A DNA stretch of 62,802 nt, the filler included, from Pirum gemmata (Eukaryota), in assembly GCA_002812295.1 (NCBI GenBank). It is 13 parts of 13 records of this genome, joined end to end, with 100 filler letters (N's around TTAATTAATTAA, not from the genome) between each part and the next. Parts side by side here need not be neighbours in the genome. Positions count along the whole stretch, not along the records: positions 9,477 to 13,988 come from PDIN01000987.1; positions 14,089 to 18,738 come from PDIN01000988.1; positions 18,839 to 23,475 come from PDIN01000989.1; positions 23,576 to 29,590 come from PDIN01000990.1; 9 more parts are not named here. One strand, given 5' to 3'. Below, piece by piece: positions 12,422 to 28,629 of the stretch. Below the pieces are notes generated by a model, which saw only the letters and a list, made by a program, of their open reading frames with translations, did not search any database and was not told the origin of the DNA. Every line of letters begins with the position of its first letter. The stretch's first letter is position 1. Position numbers and translations under genes: made by a program.

Positions 12422-12962
12422 TCGTCTTTATTTTGTTGTATTTTCGCTTTATCATCTCGAATTGCCTTATTGTTATTTTTCTGATCTTTCTTCTTAAATA
12501 GCATTTATTATAGTGACAGGTAAATACCTTTATTGACTAAATTATGTTCTTATATTATTCAGTTCATTCCGAAAAGTGTATTATTGTCTGTTTTGCAAGT
12601 ATTTAGAGAGAAAAATAAACTTTTGAGAATCAAACCTCTAAAAACTGGAAAATTGAAGGACGGAAGGATAACTGTAATTTCAACGGTAACTATTTTTCGA
12701 TGAATTCTTTAGTTTTTGGTTTGTTTACTTTTCACTTTTTGTTTCAATCTCAATTTTCATGTACAATTTGGTATTTCATTTACTTTTTTTTTATTTTTTT
12801 TTCTCGATTGCTTTAGCTATTGCTTTTTGGTGCAGTCATATATGTTCATTAATGTATTTTAATCTCAATTTAAACTATCTTCTATATTGATGTACTTAGA
12901 ATGTTTCTTCCAGTGAAGAAAACGAGGCCGAAACCGATTTTGACTCCCTTCTTTATGAGTGA
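9510..12962 (+). CDS. Intron-rich helical/TPR-like protein, 5'-truncated (roughly 12-13 short exons)
   Basis: AG/GT-bounded exons translate to ...LCRKAWETMDTPLGFEYITEAILYDSR, EIQMRLAQING, LFKSPEMHLEKLSKAIEVTIRACVLFAW, MAAVNMKYEESMSFLRKAF, NVKNKVLAEAVLAQAW, FYNKAANLLPDDDLKKCIALCK, SAHLFISIGG, FIPKSVLLSVLQ and NVSSSEENEAETDFDSLLYE* (stop 12960-12962). Some junctions are uncertain. Confidence 0.75.
11740..11950. repeat. Intronic 8-bp tandem repeat (CATCCTTA)n
   Basis: Long run of atccttac units inside an intron of the 9510-12962 gene. Confidence 0.9.
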
Positions 12963-14333
12963 ATTAAAGTCCAATAGACTTAACGCGTTGGATGGTAATC
13001 TCATCTGCATTTAATATGGATCTGTTCAAATTTTATACGAAATTAAAAAAGAAAAACCATTGTTTAAAAAAAAATGGGACAGACAAAATTCGATAAAAAT
13101 TAACGAGACCAAGAAATCCTGATGAATGTTAACTATTTGTAAAAAGAAAAAATAGAGCAAATGCTAACAGATTAACAAGAAAACCAAACAAACAAACAAA
13201 CAAATGAACTACCTGAAAAACATGTTAAGAAAAATTTTGTATTGCACATCTATATATTACCCCCGTTCTATTTTTTATCTTCAGCCTAAAAATAATCTAT
13301 AAGATGACATTTTAGAAAAAGGAAAGCTGGTGGGTAAAAAAAAGGATAAAAGAAAAGAACATGTGCACTATTCTTTTTTAATGAAAACCACAAAAACAAG
13401 AAATACTTTAAAAATATCTGTTAGAATTTGCAAGTATTGGATAAAATTGTCTACCATTATAGATCAAATTTCACTACAATCGAATTTCTGTATTAGTCAT
13501 GTATTTAGCGTAAGTGGAAATAGATTGTAGTCGTTGTGGTCTATGGTTCTGATCTGAGCAAAATAGTGGAACACTACATTATGTAAGTCTAGAAGTAACC
13601 AAATGGTAAGTTGTATATACGCTCTACGAGATATGTGTCATAGGAGGAGAAAAGAATATTNNNNNNNNNNNNNNNNNNNNNNNNNNNNNNNNNNNNNNNN
13701 NNNNNNNNNNNNNNNNNNNCTTTCGATAAAACCACATGCGTAAGAATTATGTCTATGTTTTGACAATAAAAAAATATATTTAAAAATTAAATACAAAATA
13801 AAATTGTTGTTCTAGTTTTATTATTATTAATTATTATTATTATCACTAAATAATAACTAAAAAAAATAACTAAAGATATATCTAATACCTAATAAATAAC
13901 TAATAACTAATACAACTTATACAACTAATACAACTAATAATTTTTTTTTATAATAATTATTATTATTATTACTATTATTATTATTACTNNNNNNNNNNNN
14001 NNNNNNNNNNNNNNNNNNNNNNNNNNNNNNNNTTAATTAATTAANNNNNNNNNNNNNNNNNNNNNNNNNNNNNNNNNNNNNNNNNNNNTTATATTTAATT
14101 GTTTTTAGTAGCTTGCTTTACATGACTTAATCGTCTTACTGTTTTATTATTATTATTATTATTATTTAAATCTCTATATTATATATATATATAATACGTT
14201 TATTCTCATATCATTATCTTTTTTATTGCTATCTTGTTTTATCTTTATTAGTCCGGGAATTCGTGTATTAACTTATTTAATATTGAATCCCACATACCAT
14301 CTCTAGAGTTTTACTTCATAATCATCATCATTA

Positions 14334-18738
<4,405 letters not shown>

Positions 18739-18849
18739 NNNNNNNNNNNNNNNNNNNNNNNNNNNNNNNNNNNNNNNNNNNNTTAATTAATTAANNNNNN
18801 NNNNNNNNNNNNNNNNNNNNNNNNNNNNNNNNNNNNNNTTTTTTATTTT

Positions 18850-18993
18850 TTTTTTATTATTGCACTTATATATACGCTCCATACCCCTAACTGTCCATAA
18901 TCGATTTTGTAGCTAAACATTTATATTTTTTATTATTATAGTTGGTCTAGTCGAAGTATATTGTCGTTGTCTCTTTTTAAAATTTAAGACCAT
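18850..18993 (-). pseudogene. Divergent truncated ORF at the edge of the virus-like block
   Basis: ATG at 18993, 16 bp from the ATG at 19010. It reads MVLNFKKRQRQYTSTRPTII and then YKIDYGQLGVWSVYISAII in another frame. Confidence 0.3.
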
Positions 18994-19009
18994 AAGTTCT
19001 TAAATTAAA

Positions 19010-19776
19010 ATGAATTTTTCTGAACCACTTATTCAAAATTTTGTATTCTTAAAAATAGCGATGGCGATAGATAATTTATTTTGGAAATCGTTTTTTGAAA
19101 ATTTTGCGTTTGATAAGTCGGCTATGATAAATACGATAAGTTTAGAAACCGTTAAAATCAGTGATATTGCCAGAGTTTACGAAATTGTGAAGGATGAAAA
19201 TAAAGAATCATTTGGATATTTAACGAATGCGGTTCTGTCACCGGAAGATCATAGAATGTTTTTTTCGTTAGTGGTTGTATCTAAAAAAAATACGGTTTTT
19301 CAACTTTTAATTCCGAAAACCTTACCGAAACATTTTTTTGAAATTAATACGAAACCGCAAATTGAAAAACTGAAAAAATCTGTAATAAAATATTTAAAAA
19401 TCTTATCTAACGATTTACCGATTATAAATTTAACCCCTGGTTCCAAAACGGTAGTTTTATTCTGCAATGAAAAACACAATAATAATTTAGCATTATTTGC
19501 GGCAGTAATAATGCATAGTGTGATGATGAAAAATTGCATTCAAACTTAGATAATACCGAAACCTTCGAAGAATTTTTAAGAAATGATGCAGAAGAATCGG
19601 AAATAAGCGATGATCAAGAACAATTTAATGACGATGATGTTGTTGATGATGATGATGATGATGATGATAATCAATATGAACAAGTCGATGATATTGAAAA
19701 TAATGAAGAAGACGAATCCCAAGAAGATGACGACGAGGATGAAGAACAATCGGAAACAAATTTTTCGGTTTTTTGA
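19010..19776 (+). pseudogene. NCLDV-like hypothetical protein with acidic C-terminal tail; frameshift at about 19520
   Basis: ORFs 19010-19549 and 19534-19776 join if one base is restored in agt g(-)t gat gat gaa aaa ttg cat, giving SDDDEKLHSNL. The N-terminal FLKIAMAIDNLFWKSFFENFAFDK recalls, from memory, the FL....D.FWK..FE..A..K motif of iridovirus/marseillevirus-type hypothetical proteins. Confidence 0.55.
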
Positions 19777-19820
19777 TATTCCAAAGAATAAAGTTCTTTA
19801 TAACCACCATAAGTATCGAT

Positions 19821-20526
19821 ATGATCGACGGAAATTCAATGGTTAACTAACGCTCAAATATCAACAACTTCTAATATTCCTAATATTGATAATTTAAGAC
19901 CTTCGGATTTCATCGATGATTATCAATTACAATCGAATGATAGAATATTAATTAAAAATCAAATTAATGATATAAACAACGGAGTTTATATCATTAAACC
20001 ATCAGGACCACAAAGAGCTATTTTATTGGAAGATGGCGATTATGCTGCTAACAAAGCGATTTATGTACTTAACGAAAAAATATCATATGTATCAGCCAAT
20101 GTTACCGGTGTTGTCGGAACGGATTCGATAAACTTTACGATTTTTTCTCAAGATACACAATATTTGGATGGTGACGGAATCGGAATTACCGAAAATAATA
20201 ACATTACGGTCGATAATACAGTTTTGAGAACTACTGGTGATCAAACGGTAACCGGTAAAATTTTCGCTACCGAATTTCATGCTACTTCCGATACGATTCT
20301 CAAAACAAACATAAATCCTATAAATAACGCTCGTTCTTTATTAAAAAATGTAAATACTTATACGTATAATTGGCATGATTCAAATGAAATTCAATATGGT
20401 GTTTTGGCTCAAGAATTGCAAAAAATTCCCGAATTATCGTTCCTTGTAAGCGATAATGGTAATAATTTAGCGGTAAATTATTTAGGTTTAATCGCTATTT
20501 TAATAAAAGCTGTAAACGAAATGTAA
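19821..20526 (+). pseudogene. Virus/phage fibre-type protein with C-terminal intramolecular chaperone (peptidase S74-like) domain; frameshift at about 19833
   Basis: The frame is open upstream of the listed ORF: IQWLTNAQISTTSNI...IDDYQLQSNDRILIKNQINDINNGVYII, matching the fibre motif IDG..L..GDRVLVKNQ....NGIY. ATG ATC GAC GGA at 19821 joins this frame if one A is removed. The C-terminus TSDTILKTNINPI..L..VNTYTYNW...YGVLAQEL...V......VNYLGLIAILIKAVNEM is a typical S74 chaperone. Confidence 0.8.
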
Positions 20527-20531
20527 ATTAA

Positions 20532-21400
20532 TTAATATATATAACACTCTAAACAATATCCATGAAAACTCGGAAGTTTTGAACAATTTTCGCCAGCACA
20601 TTTTTTACTTATAGTTTTACTAGTTCCCGTCGCCGAAATATTCGGACATTTCAATAGTTGTCCATAATTATTATCAATTACGAACCCTGCATTACTCGCA
20701 TTACAATGCTTGACAACAGTCCTTTCTTCGGGACATGTAATTGATTGACCGAATTTATCTGTTTTTATTTTTAACGAATCTCCGGGTTGACAAGTTTGTT
20801 TACACGAAATATTATTTCCATAATTATCGTCCATAATGTAATCAACATTACTAATAGCACAATCGGCTAAAGTTTTTTGAGGTAAACATGTAATATTTCC
20901 CAAATACGGATTAACAATAACCGTATTTTGATTCGCAACAGTACACTGATTATCGGCTGGACAATTTATGTCGTTCCCATAATTATCATCAATAATTTTA
21001 TTAGCATCTTTTTGTTTACAATCGTTAACAGTTAACTGTTTAGCACAATGTACAATTTCTCCTGATGTCGAGTCTACAATAACTTTATTCTGGTTTAATA
21101 ATGTACAAGTACCTACTTGGTTAACAATTTGTGATGCACTTGTGGACATTGGTCCGGAAGGTTTGTTTGATCCTGTTGGCGGTTTGTTGGTTACTGATGT
21201 CGTTGATGGGGGAGGTAGTTGGTGTTATTGTTGTTATTGTTGTTAGTTTCCGACATACCTTTCATATTCATACCGTTTAAAAAATTCATTTGCGATGCCT
21301 TATCTAAATGATGTTTTTTAACACATAATAACATTACTATTTCATTCGGTAAGAATCCAATACCCAACAACACGGCTAAAGCAGCCCCTACAGATACTTT
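20532..21400 (-). pseudogene. Cys-rich repeat protein with N-terminal hydrophobic segment; frameshift at about 21220
   Basis: ORF 20532-21149 has repeated C...N..I.D..YG..I.C units and extends upstream as PPPSTTSVTNKPPTGSNKPSGP. ORF 21191-21373 (VGAALAVLLGIGFL...NNNNT) is one frameshift away. Its stop is 5 bp from the convergent S74 gene stop. Confidence 0.65.
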
Positions 21401-23444
21401 AGGATTGAAAGAATGAAAAAAAAAGAAAAAAAAAAGATGTAATTACAATTTACAAGTTCCAGTCCCACAGGAATCTTCCAGTAAGAATCTTAGATTTCTC
21501 TTTTGATTAAAAAATACTTCTTTTTTTTTATACATTTATGAAAAAAAAAACCCCCCAATGCAGTCTTTAGAATTCAAAGAATGAGACCTAATTCCACTCT
21601 CCCCAACCATTGGCAAACAGACAGTTCCATCCAATTAAAAATACACCTTGTAGGACATTTGGTAGTCTTTAACATATATGTCTATAACTGTTTTTTAAAA
21701 AATTTGTTTAGACTACTAGAGTCACTAGCTAGACACTGTAGACAGAGTTGTAGACAGTCTAGAAGTATATTTTATAGTAGTGACTGAAGTGCAGACACTG
21801 CAGAGTGAGTCTGAGTGACTCTACAGTCTCTAGCTAGACTCTCTACTATTAGCTAGTATTCTCATTTCGAAAAATTCCATATAGGAATAAAAGAATTTAA
21901 TCGTACGAATAAAGGATGTTTCTAAAATGCTAGAGTCACCTATTGGTTACTTTCGTAAAAAGGTTCTTGGGATGAATTTCTCTCCAAGAAGTTCTAAATC
22001 TAAAGACTATCTATTTTTTAAAAAAGAGACTATGATAATAAATAATAATAACTACGTTTCTCAAATACGTCTAAATAGCACACTTCCTTATATCCTATCG
22101 TCTATTTCATTACAGTCCTCACAATCTTTAATTTGGTACTGTTTAAGTATACAATTGAAAATACAACATTATGTATAAAATGCCAAATTAATTAAAACAT
22201 ATCTGATAGTGTTTTTAAATGTATAGTATAATTATATTATTATTAATATAATAATATAAAATAATTATTAATAATATCGATACTGCAATATTTTTTATAT
22301 AATAATAGAATAAAAAAAAGATAAAATAAAATTAAAATATTTTTTAGTAATAATTATATTAGTTTACATAGTTTACATACCTCCAGAATCCACCAATACC
22401 ACATGTACACCTCTTCGTATATTTTCAGTTTTTTTAATTAATTAAAATAACATTAATTAATAAAAAGCCTTTTAATAATAAAGTATCAATATATTATATT
22501 ACATATAATAATAATAATTGCTAGTATTAAATATATACAGTATACGTAGCTAGTATTATATATATAATATATAGTGTTACAATAATAATTATATATATAA
22601 TTTTATATATAGTCAATCAAGATCCCGCTATAATCCTTTTCAACATTAATATTAATTAGCAGTATTATTATTATTTAGACTGGGTGTTTTCGTAACGAAA
22701 TTACAAGTACTCATATCATGACCGTTATGGTTGTACCAGTATAATATGATTAGAAACAATTGCAATTTTGATTGTACAATGAGGGTCTATACTCTATAGT
22801 TATGGACTAGATAGCTAGTAGGAGCAACCACTTTCAAAGTGATCTTGGTAAAATGTTTCTTCAGTATCGATATCTCTTAAGTGGTAGGAATTTTACACTA
22901 ATAATTCTATAAAACAGAAATCACAAAACATAATTATGACTACGATAAAAAATTATAATATGGCATTACTACTTATACATACACTATTGTGTTTTTCAAT
23001 AGTGTTGTCCAGTTCAAAAATTGAAATAAACGTATACGTACTGAATTATTTTTACTGGTATTAATGATATGTTTAAACAATCAAAGTTGTTTTAATTAAT
23101 TTGGTATTTTATACTTAATTAATGTTGTATTTTATAAACGAGTTCAATTAAACAGTACCAAATTAAAGATTAAAAGAGGACAACTACAATTACTAGTAGA
23201 ATGTGGCTATTCTTTGCTGAAAAAAAAGAGCCAAATTTTTATGAGTTGCTTAGTATGAGTTGCTCAATGTTATAACTATTTTTTAATATTAATATTACAC
23301 AATATGATAAGATAAAATTTTCATGATCAATTTTTGGCTTTTTTTTTTATTTTATAAAAATACCTAAAAACACCCCAAAACACCTAAAACTTTGACTCCA
23401 AAGACCAGGAAAACTTCTTTGCTCAGCTATCATTTATAATATAA

Positions 23445-23475
<31 letters not shown>

Positions 23476-24000
23476 NNNNNNNNNNNNNNNNNNNNNNNNN
23501 NNNNNNNNNNNNNNNNNNNTTAATTAATTAANNNNNNNNNNNNNNNNNNNNNNNNNNNNNNNNNNNNNNNNNNNNGTTAGGGTTAGGGTTAGGGTTAGGG
23601 TTAGGGTGTGCCGGTTTTAGTAGATAGACTAGTACTGTATCGATATGTTAGTGTCTATTTAGAAGGTTAGGGTTAGGGGTTTTAAATTATTTTAAAAGAG
23701 GGGTTGGGTTAGGGTTAGGGTTAGTAAGGGTTTGGAGGGTTAGAGTTACGGTTTTAAAAGGTTAGAGTCAGGATTGGGGTTCTAAAGGGTTAGAGGGTTA
23801 GGGTTAGGGTTAGGGTTAGGCGTTAGGCGTTAATTAAGGTTAGGGGGTTAACTTTAAACCGTTAAGGCCAGGGTAAGGGAGGGGTAGCTGGGGTTGAAGT
23901 TGGGGTTAGGGTTAAGCCGTTAAGGTGGTTGGTTGGGTAGGCATACTTGGTTAGCTGTAGGCTGTAGCTACAATAGCTAGCTAGTAGAGCCCTACTTGAC

Positions 24001-24226
24001 AGTAGGGGTGAGATATGCTGGAACTTTTTTCGAACAGATGCTTATCGAGCCAAACCTTAGTTTTTTACTAATAATAGCAGTTTAATAGCTTAAAAAATAA
24101 TAAATCTAATTATAGTAGATACTAATAAAGTAATAATATTAACATTAATAGTAATAAAAACAATAAAATCGGAAAAGTTCAGGCCGCTGCTCGGTACTAA
24201 TAAAATGATGTCATCTCACCCCTACT
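24001..24226. mobile_element. MITE family 1 copy
   Basis: Same TIRs and internal sequence as 3643-3873; no clear TSD. Confidence 0.85.
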
Positions 24227-24760
24227 GTTTGGACTCATGGATGGGGGCTTGGAAATTGGAATCTTGCAGTGGACCAACATTGTAGTTGGTGCGTTCGAAA
24301 CTTTTACTCGAATCGAAAAACTATATTCAATAAAGAAATAATAAAATAATCAAGTCATTATGCCTATAGTAACAATGATTGGCTAGCCTATTAAAACTTA
24401 GTAAAACGACACTATAGTGAATCAGTGATTGGTAGAAACTCCAGTGCAACACTGCCACCAGTCTCAATCAATGGACTATCACTACTAGCTAGGACCATCA
24501 TGTAAACCAGTTTAGCTAGGCCAGTCAGCAGCAGGCAGAGCAGACCACCCTAACCCAAAGCCTAGCTAGAGAACCCACCCCCTAACAGTACCCTAAGTTC
24601 CCTAACCCAAAGCCTAGCTAGAACCCAAAGCCTAGCTAGTAGGTTTAGCCTACCCCTAACGACTACTGCTGAGTCCTAACCCTAACCCCTACTACTAGCT
24701 AGCTATCTTGACCCCTACTAGTATCATAGCTAGCTAGCTAGTTGACCCTAACCTTAGGAA

Positions 24761-24820
<60 letters not shown>

Positions 24821-25197
24821 TTTTTAACTTTTTTAAAAAATATTCAAATATAAATGTCACATTTTAGCGCCGAACAAAGAAAAACTTTTTTCGCTCAAAC
24901 TTCGGATATTAATTGACCATTAATGAGATTAAAATAAATATCATAAATTAAACTGGCGAACATATTGGTGAAAGAATTATTCAAAAAGGTCAAGTGGTTC
25001 ACTATCNTTATGAATAATAGTAATAATAATAATAAAAACTATATATTACAGTGCTTTGTAGCAAACAAACATAAAAAAAAAAATTAAATAACAATAATAA
25101 CAATAATAATAATAATAATAATAATAATATATCACTATTATATATATTTAAAATATTAATAATATTTATTTTAATATCTCAATTAAAATTATTGATC

Positions 25198-27918
25198 ATG
25201 AAATATTCCATTAATATTGTCATCATGGGTGCCCTTTTTGCCCCATCAGTCAGTGCTGGAAACTGTCAATACTACACAATGGATTTTAATGAACCTGACT
25301 CTCATGGAATGATAAGAGGAAGGTCATACACCAAATATACGTTACCTAGTGGGCACTCTGTTAAAGTTTATGGCTATGACAAAAACAATAATTATAAACC
25401 ACCCATGGTATTCGATACCTATTTACCAGTTGGTTGTTATAATCAATATGGACGAAATCTGGAACAATTGTATAGAACAAGTCTGCATAATTTTACATGC
25501 AGTGTTAACTCATATGGTTGTTATTATGGCGATATTGACTTAATTAGCGGTCATCAACAAAAAAAAGATGGCGGTATTTACCATGATCAAGCAAAATGTT
25601 ATAGTGGTGGCTCTGATAGACATTTTAAAGAATATGGCAATAATCGAAACGCAAATACTTTTCGTTATGGTCTTATAGTTCCTGAGCGCCCTTTCGTGTC
25701 TGGTGATTATAAGAAAGCTCCAGGTGATAATTATAACGGCGGTAAACTTATTTTTGATTTTGATGAAATGGCAGATAATAATGGAATGAAAGTTTACTTA
25801 AGTCATGTTGGTTTCACTGATAATGAAAAAGATAGAAGTATTAAGGTTTACAACTGTTATAGCAGTCATTCTTGTTACGAAATAGTCAAAACCTTAGCTT
25901 ATAAAGGTGACAATGCTTATAGTTATCATGATTTTGGAGATATCAAAATTAAAAAAAAGTTAAAGTTTCAAATGTGTGGAAGTGGTATGATACAAGGATT
26001 GAAATTTAAAGTATGCGGTGGGACACCACCACCATCATCATCATCATCAGCTCCATCTTCATCATCACCTCCTCCATCATCGTCATCAACATGTTCACCA
26101 TACACTACTTATCAAACAATTACACAAACACAAACACAAACACAAACAGACTTCCTTACAACCACTGACTATCAAACAACTACACAAATACAGACACAGA
26201 CTCAAACAGACTTCCTTACCACCACTGACTATCACACGGTAACACAAACACAAACGCAAACACAAACACAAACACAAACACAAACAGACTTTCTTACAAC
26301 CACTGACTATCACACGGTAACACAAACTGACCATTACACAACTACTGAGTTTCAAACAGACTTCCATACCTCGACTGACTATTTTACAACTACTGACTTC
26401 CATACAACTACTGACTTCCATACAACTACTAACTTCCATACAACTACTAACTTCCATACAACCACCGACTATTATACAACTACTGACTACCAAACAGTAA
26501 CGCAAACTTCCTCGGTCGTACAAACACAAAATGTATACGTAACAGTAACGAAACCAGCGGAAACTGTTTACGTTACTAAAACCAACACTGTAACTGTTAC
26601 AAAACCATGTATTCCAAAGTGCACAGAGCTTGACTTTAAAATCAATGGACAAGAACCCAAAGATTTAACTTCCATCAGCTTAGCCAAAGGACCTACAGCA
26701 GTATCCATCACATCTGATTACGATACAACAGTACGATTATCGGGAAGTCATGAAAATATTTATTTATCCCATTGTTTTGCGGACATCACAGGTGGTGCAA
26801 CAAGTGAAATTTTTATTTCTTCAAGACACATTTGGAATGCAGAAGTACCAGATGGGTCATACGTTACTCTAATTTATGGAAAAGATACCGATGATGAATG
26901 CCAAATCGAAATTCCTGTTCATGGTGCTGGCCAAAATAAACTATGTCACTCTACTGGTGATCCACATACCCGAACTATGGATGGTGCTGCGTTTAATTGG
27001 GGATCTGAGGATAACTACGCTACTATCTTTAGTGCTGACGATATAACCATTCTAGGGGAGCATAGTACTTTGAATTTAACGAATAGAGTGAATATGGCTA
27101 CGTATAGTGGAATTGCAATTCGCTATAAAAATACTAACATCACTCTTTCTACAAAAAATAAGTTTTCTCAAGAGCATGAATTAGAAATTAAGTCTATGGA
27201 CGGGTCTCCTTTGGAAAATATCTGTGCCAAAAAAACAAGCGAAGGCGAATTAAGAACTCTTTACTCCTTTTACTTACCTGAAGGTACTAAAATTGATCTA
27301 GCCAGCAAATTTTCTGATTACGAAGGGTTCCTGATTGATATTTTTATGGCTCCTAGTGCAAGATATAAAAATAAAATGCATGGTGGTGTATGTGGTAATT
27401 GGAATGGCGACAAGAGTGACGATAACGTTGAGCCTTGGTTATCTACTTTCACCGCCAACGAGTATGAATTTTCAACTAACTTACCTGTTTCTAGTTATCC
27501 AGCTCATTCTGAATATTACCAATGCGATGCTAATGTCAATGGTCAAATTATATCTGATACAGCTAATTTGTGCAGCGCCTGGGACTATACTACAGTTAAA
27601 GATAACTCTATCACCGAAGTTGATCCCCCTTCTAACCCTGACCCAGCACATAAAAATTTGGATTGTCAGGCTACAATTGATGGGTCAACATACACCGCCT
27701 ATGCCTTAGAGTGGTGCTTAACTATAGTTGAACTTGACATTTTCAAATCCAATTGTCAAGCGGACTTTGACACGAAAATAGGTGATAATTACGCAGCTAT
27801 TAATACTATGGAAACCTTGGTTGAAGTATGCTTGATGAAAGTTACAATTAACGAGTTTAACTCTAATTTTTATAAGTATGCGATAGCTAACAACTTTACT
27901 TACTATTTTGGACTTTAA
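25198..27918 (+). CDS. Secreted mucin-like protein: signal peptide, N-terminal globular domain, Pro/Ser/Thr-rich repeats (TTTDYH/TQ), von Willebrand factor type D domain, Cys-rich tail
   Basis: Signal peptide MKYSINIVIMGALFAPSVSA. VWD hallmarks are CHSTGDPHTRTMDG and GGVCGNWNGDKSDD. Single 2.7-kb ORF; first ATG at 25198. Confidence 0.88.
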   Translation: MKYSINIVIMGALFAPSVSAGNCQYYTMDFNEPDSHGMIRGRSYTKYTLPSGHSVKVYGYDKNNNYKPPMVFDTYLPVGCYNQYGRNLEQLYRTSLHNFTCSVNSYGCYYGDIDLISGHQQKKDGGIYHDQAKCYSGGSDRHFKEYGNNRNANTFRYGLIVPERPFVSGDYKKAPGDNYNGGKLIFDFDEMADNNGMKVYLSHVGFTDNEKDRSIKVYNCYSSHSCYEIVKTLAYKGDNAYSYHDFGDIKIKKKLKFQMCGSGMIQGLKFKVCGGTPPPSSSSSAPSSSSPPPSSSSTCSPYTTYQTITQTQTQTQTDFLTTTDYQTTTQIQTQTQTDFLTTTDYHTVTQTQTQTQTQTQTQTDFLTTTDYHTVTQTDHYTTTEFQTDFHTSTDYFTTTDFHTTTDFHTTTNFHTTTNFHTTTDYYTTTDYQTVTQTSSVVQTQNVYVTVTKPAETVYVTKTNTVTVTKPCIPKCTELDFKINGQEPKDLTSISLAKGPTAVSITSDYDTTVRLSGSHENIYLSHCFADITGGATSEIFISSRHIWNAEVPDGSYVTLIYGKDTDDECQIEIPVHGAGQNKLCHSTGDPHTRTMDGAAFNWGSEDNYATIFSADDITILGEHSTLNLTNRVNMATYSGIAIRYKNTNITLSTKNKFSQEHELEIKSMDGSPLENICAKKTSEGELRTLYSFYLPEGTKIDLASKFSDYEGFLIDIFMAPSARYKNKMHGGVCGNWNGDKSDDNVEPWLSTFTANEYEFSTNLPVSSYPAHSEYYQCDANVNGQIISDTANLCSAWDYTTVKDNSITEVDPPSNPDPAHKNLDCQATIDGSTYTAYALEWCLTIVELDIFKSNCQADFDTKIGDNYAAINTMETLVEVCLMKVTINEFNSNFYKYAIANNFTYYFGL

Positions 27919-28513
27919 ATGTTACTTTACTTGCTATTATGAACCCAATTGTATAAATTTTATAATTAAAATATTATAATAATAATATTATATATTATAT
28001 TTATATTAAAAAAAAATTAAAACAGTTCTCTTTTATTTTAATTTTTATTTGTATCAACTTTGTTTTTATTTTTATTTGGTTAACTTGTTTGTTGATTTAA
28101 TAAATATTATAATAATTTTATTTTATTTTTATTTTTATTTGGATCAACTTTTTAAACTTTGTTAATTAAAATACATTCTATTATTCTGAATATTTCTCCT
28201 CCCAATTCCAGCAAACATTATTGTAGCAAAAGTTAAAAGCTTTTATTTATTTAATTTTTCTAACCCTAACAGTCCCTAACCCTAACAGTTTCCTAATCCT
28301 AACAATTCCCTAACCCTAACAGTTCCCTAACCCTAACAGTTCCCTAACCCTAACCCTAACCCTAACCCTAACCCTAACCCTAACCCTAACCCTAACCCTA
28401 ACCCTAACAGTTCCCTAACCCTAACANNNNNNNNNNNNNNNNNNNNNNNNNNNNNNNNNNNNNNNNNNNNNNNNNNNNNNNNNNNNNNNNNNNNNNNNNN
28501 NNNNNNNNNNNNN

Positions 28514-28553
<40 letters not shown>

Positions 28554-28629
28554 AATAATTATTAATTAACGTTAAATTAATTAAAAATAACTTTTTACTG
28601 TTAAATCTATAAGAGCATGAGCAACTACC

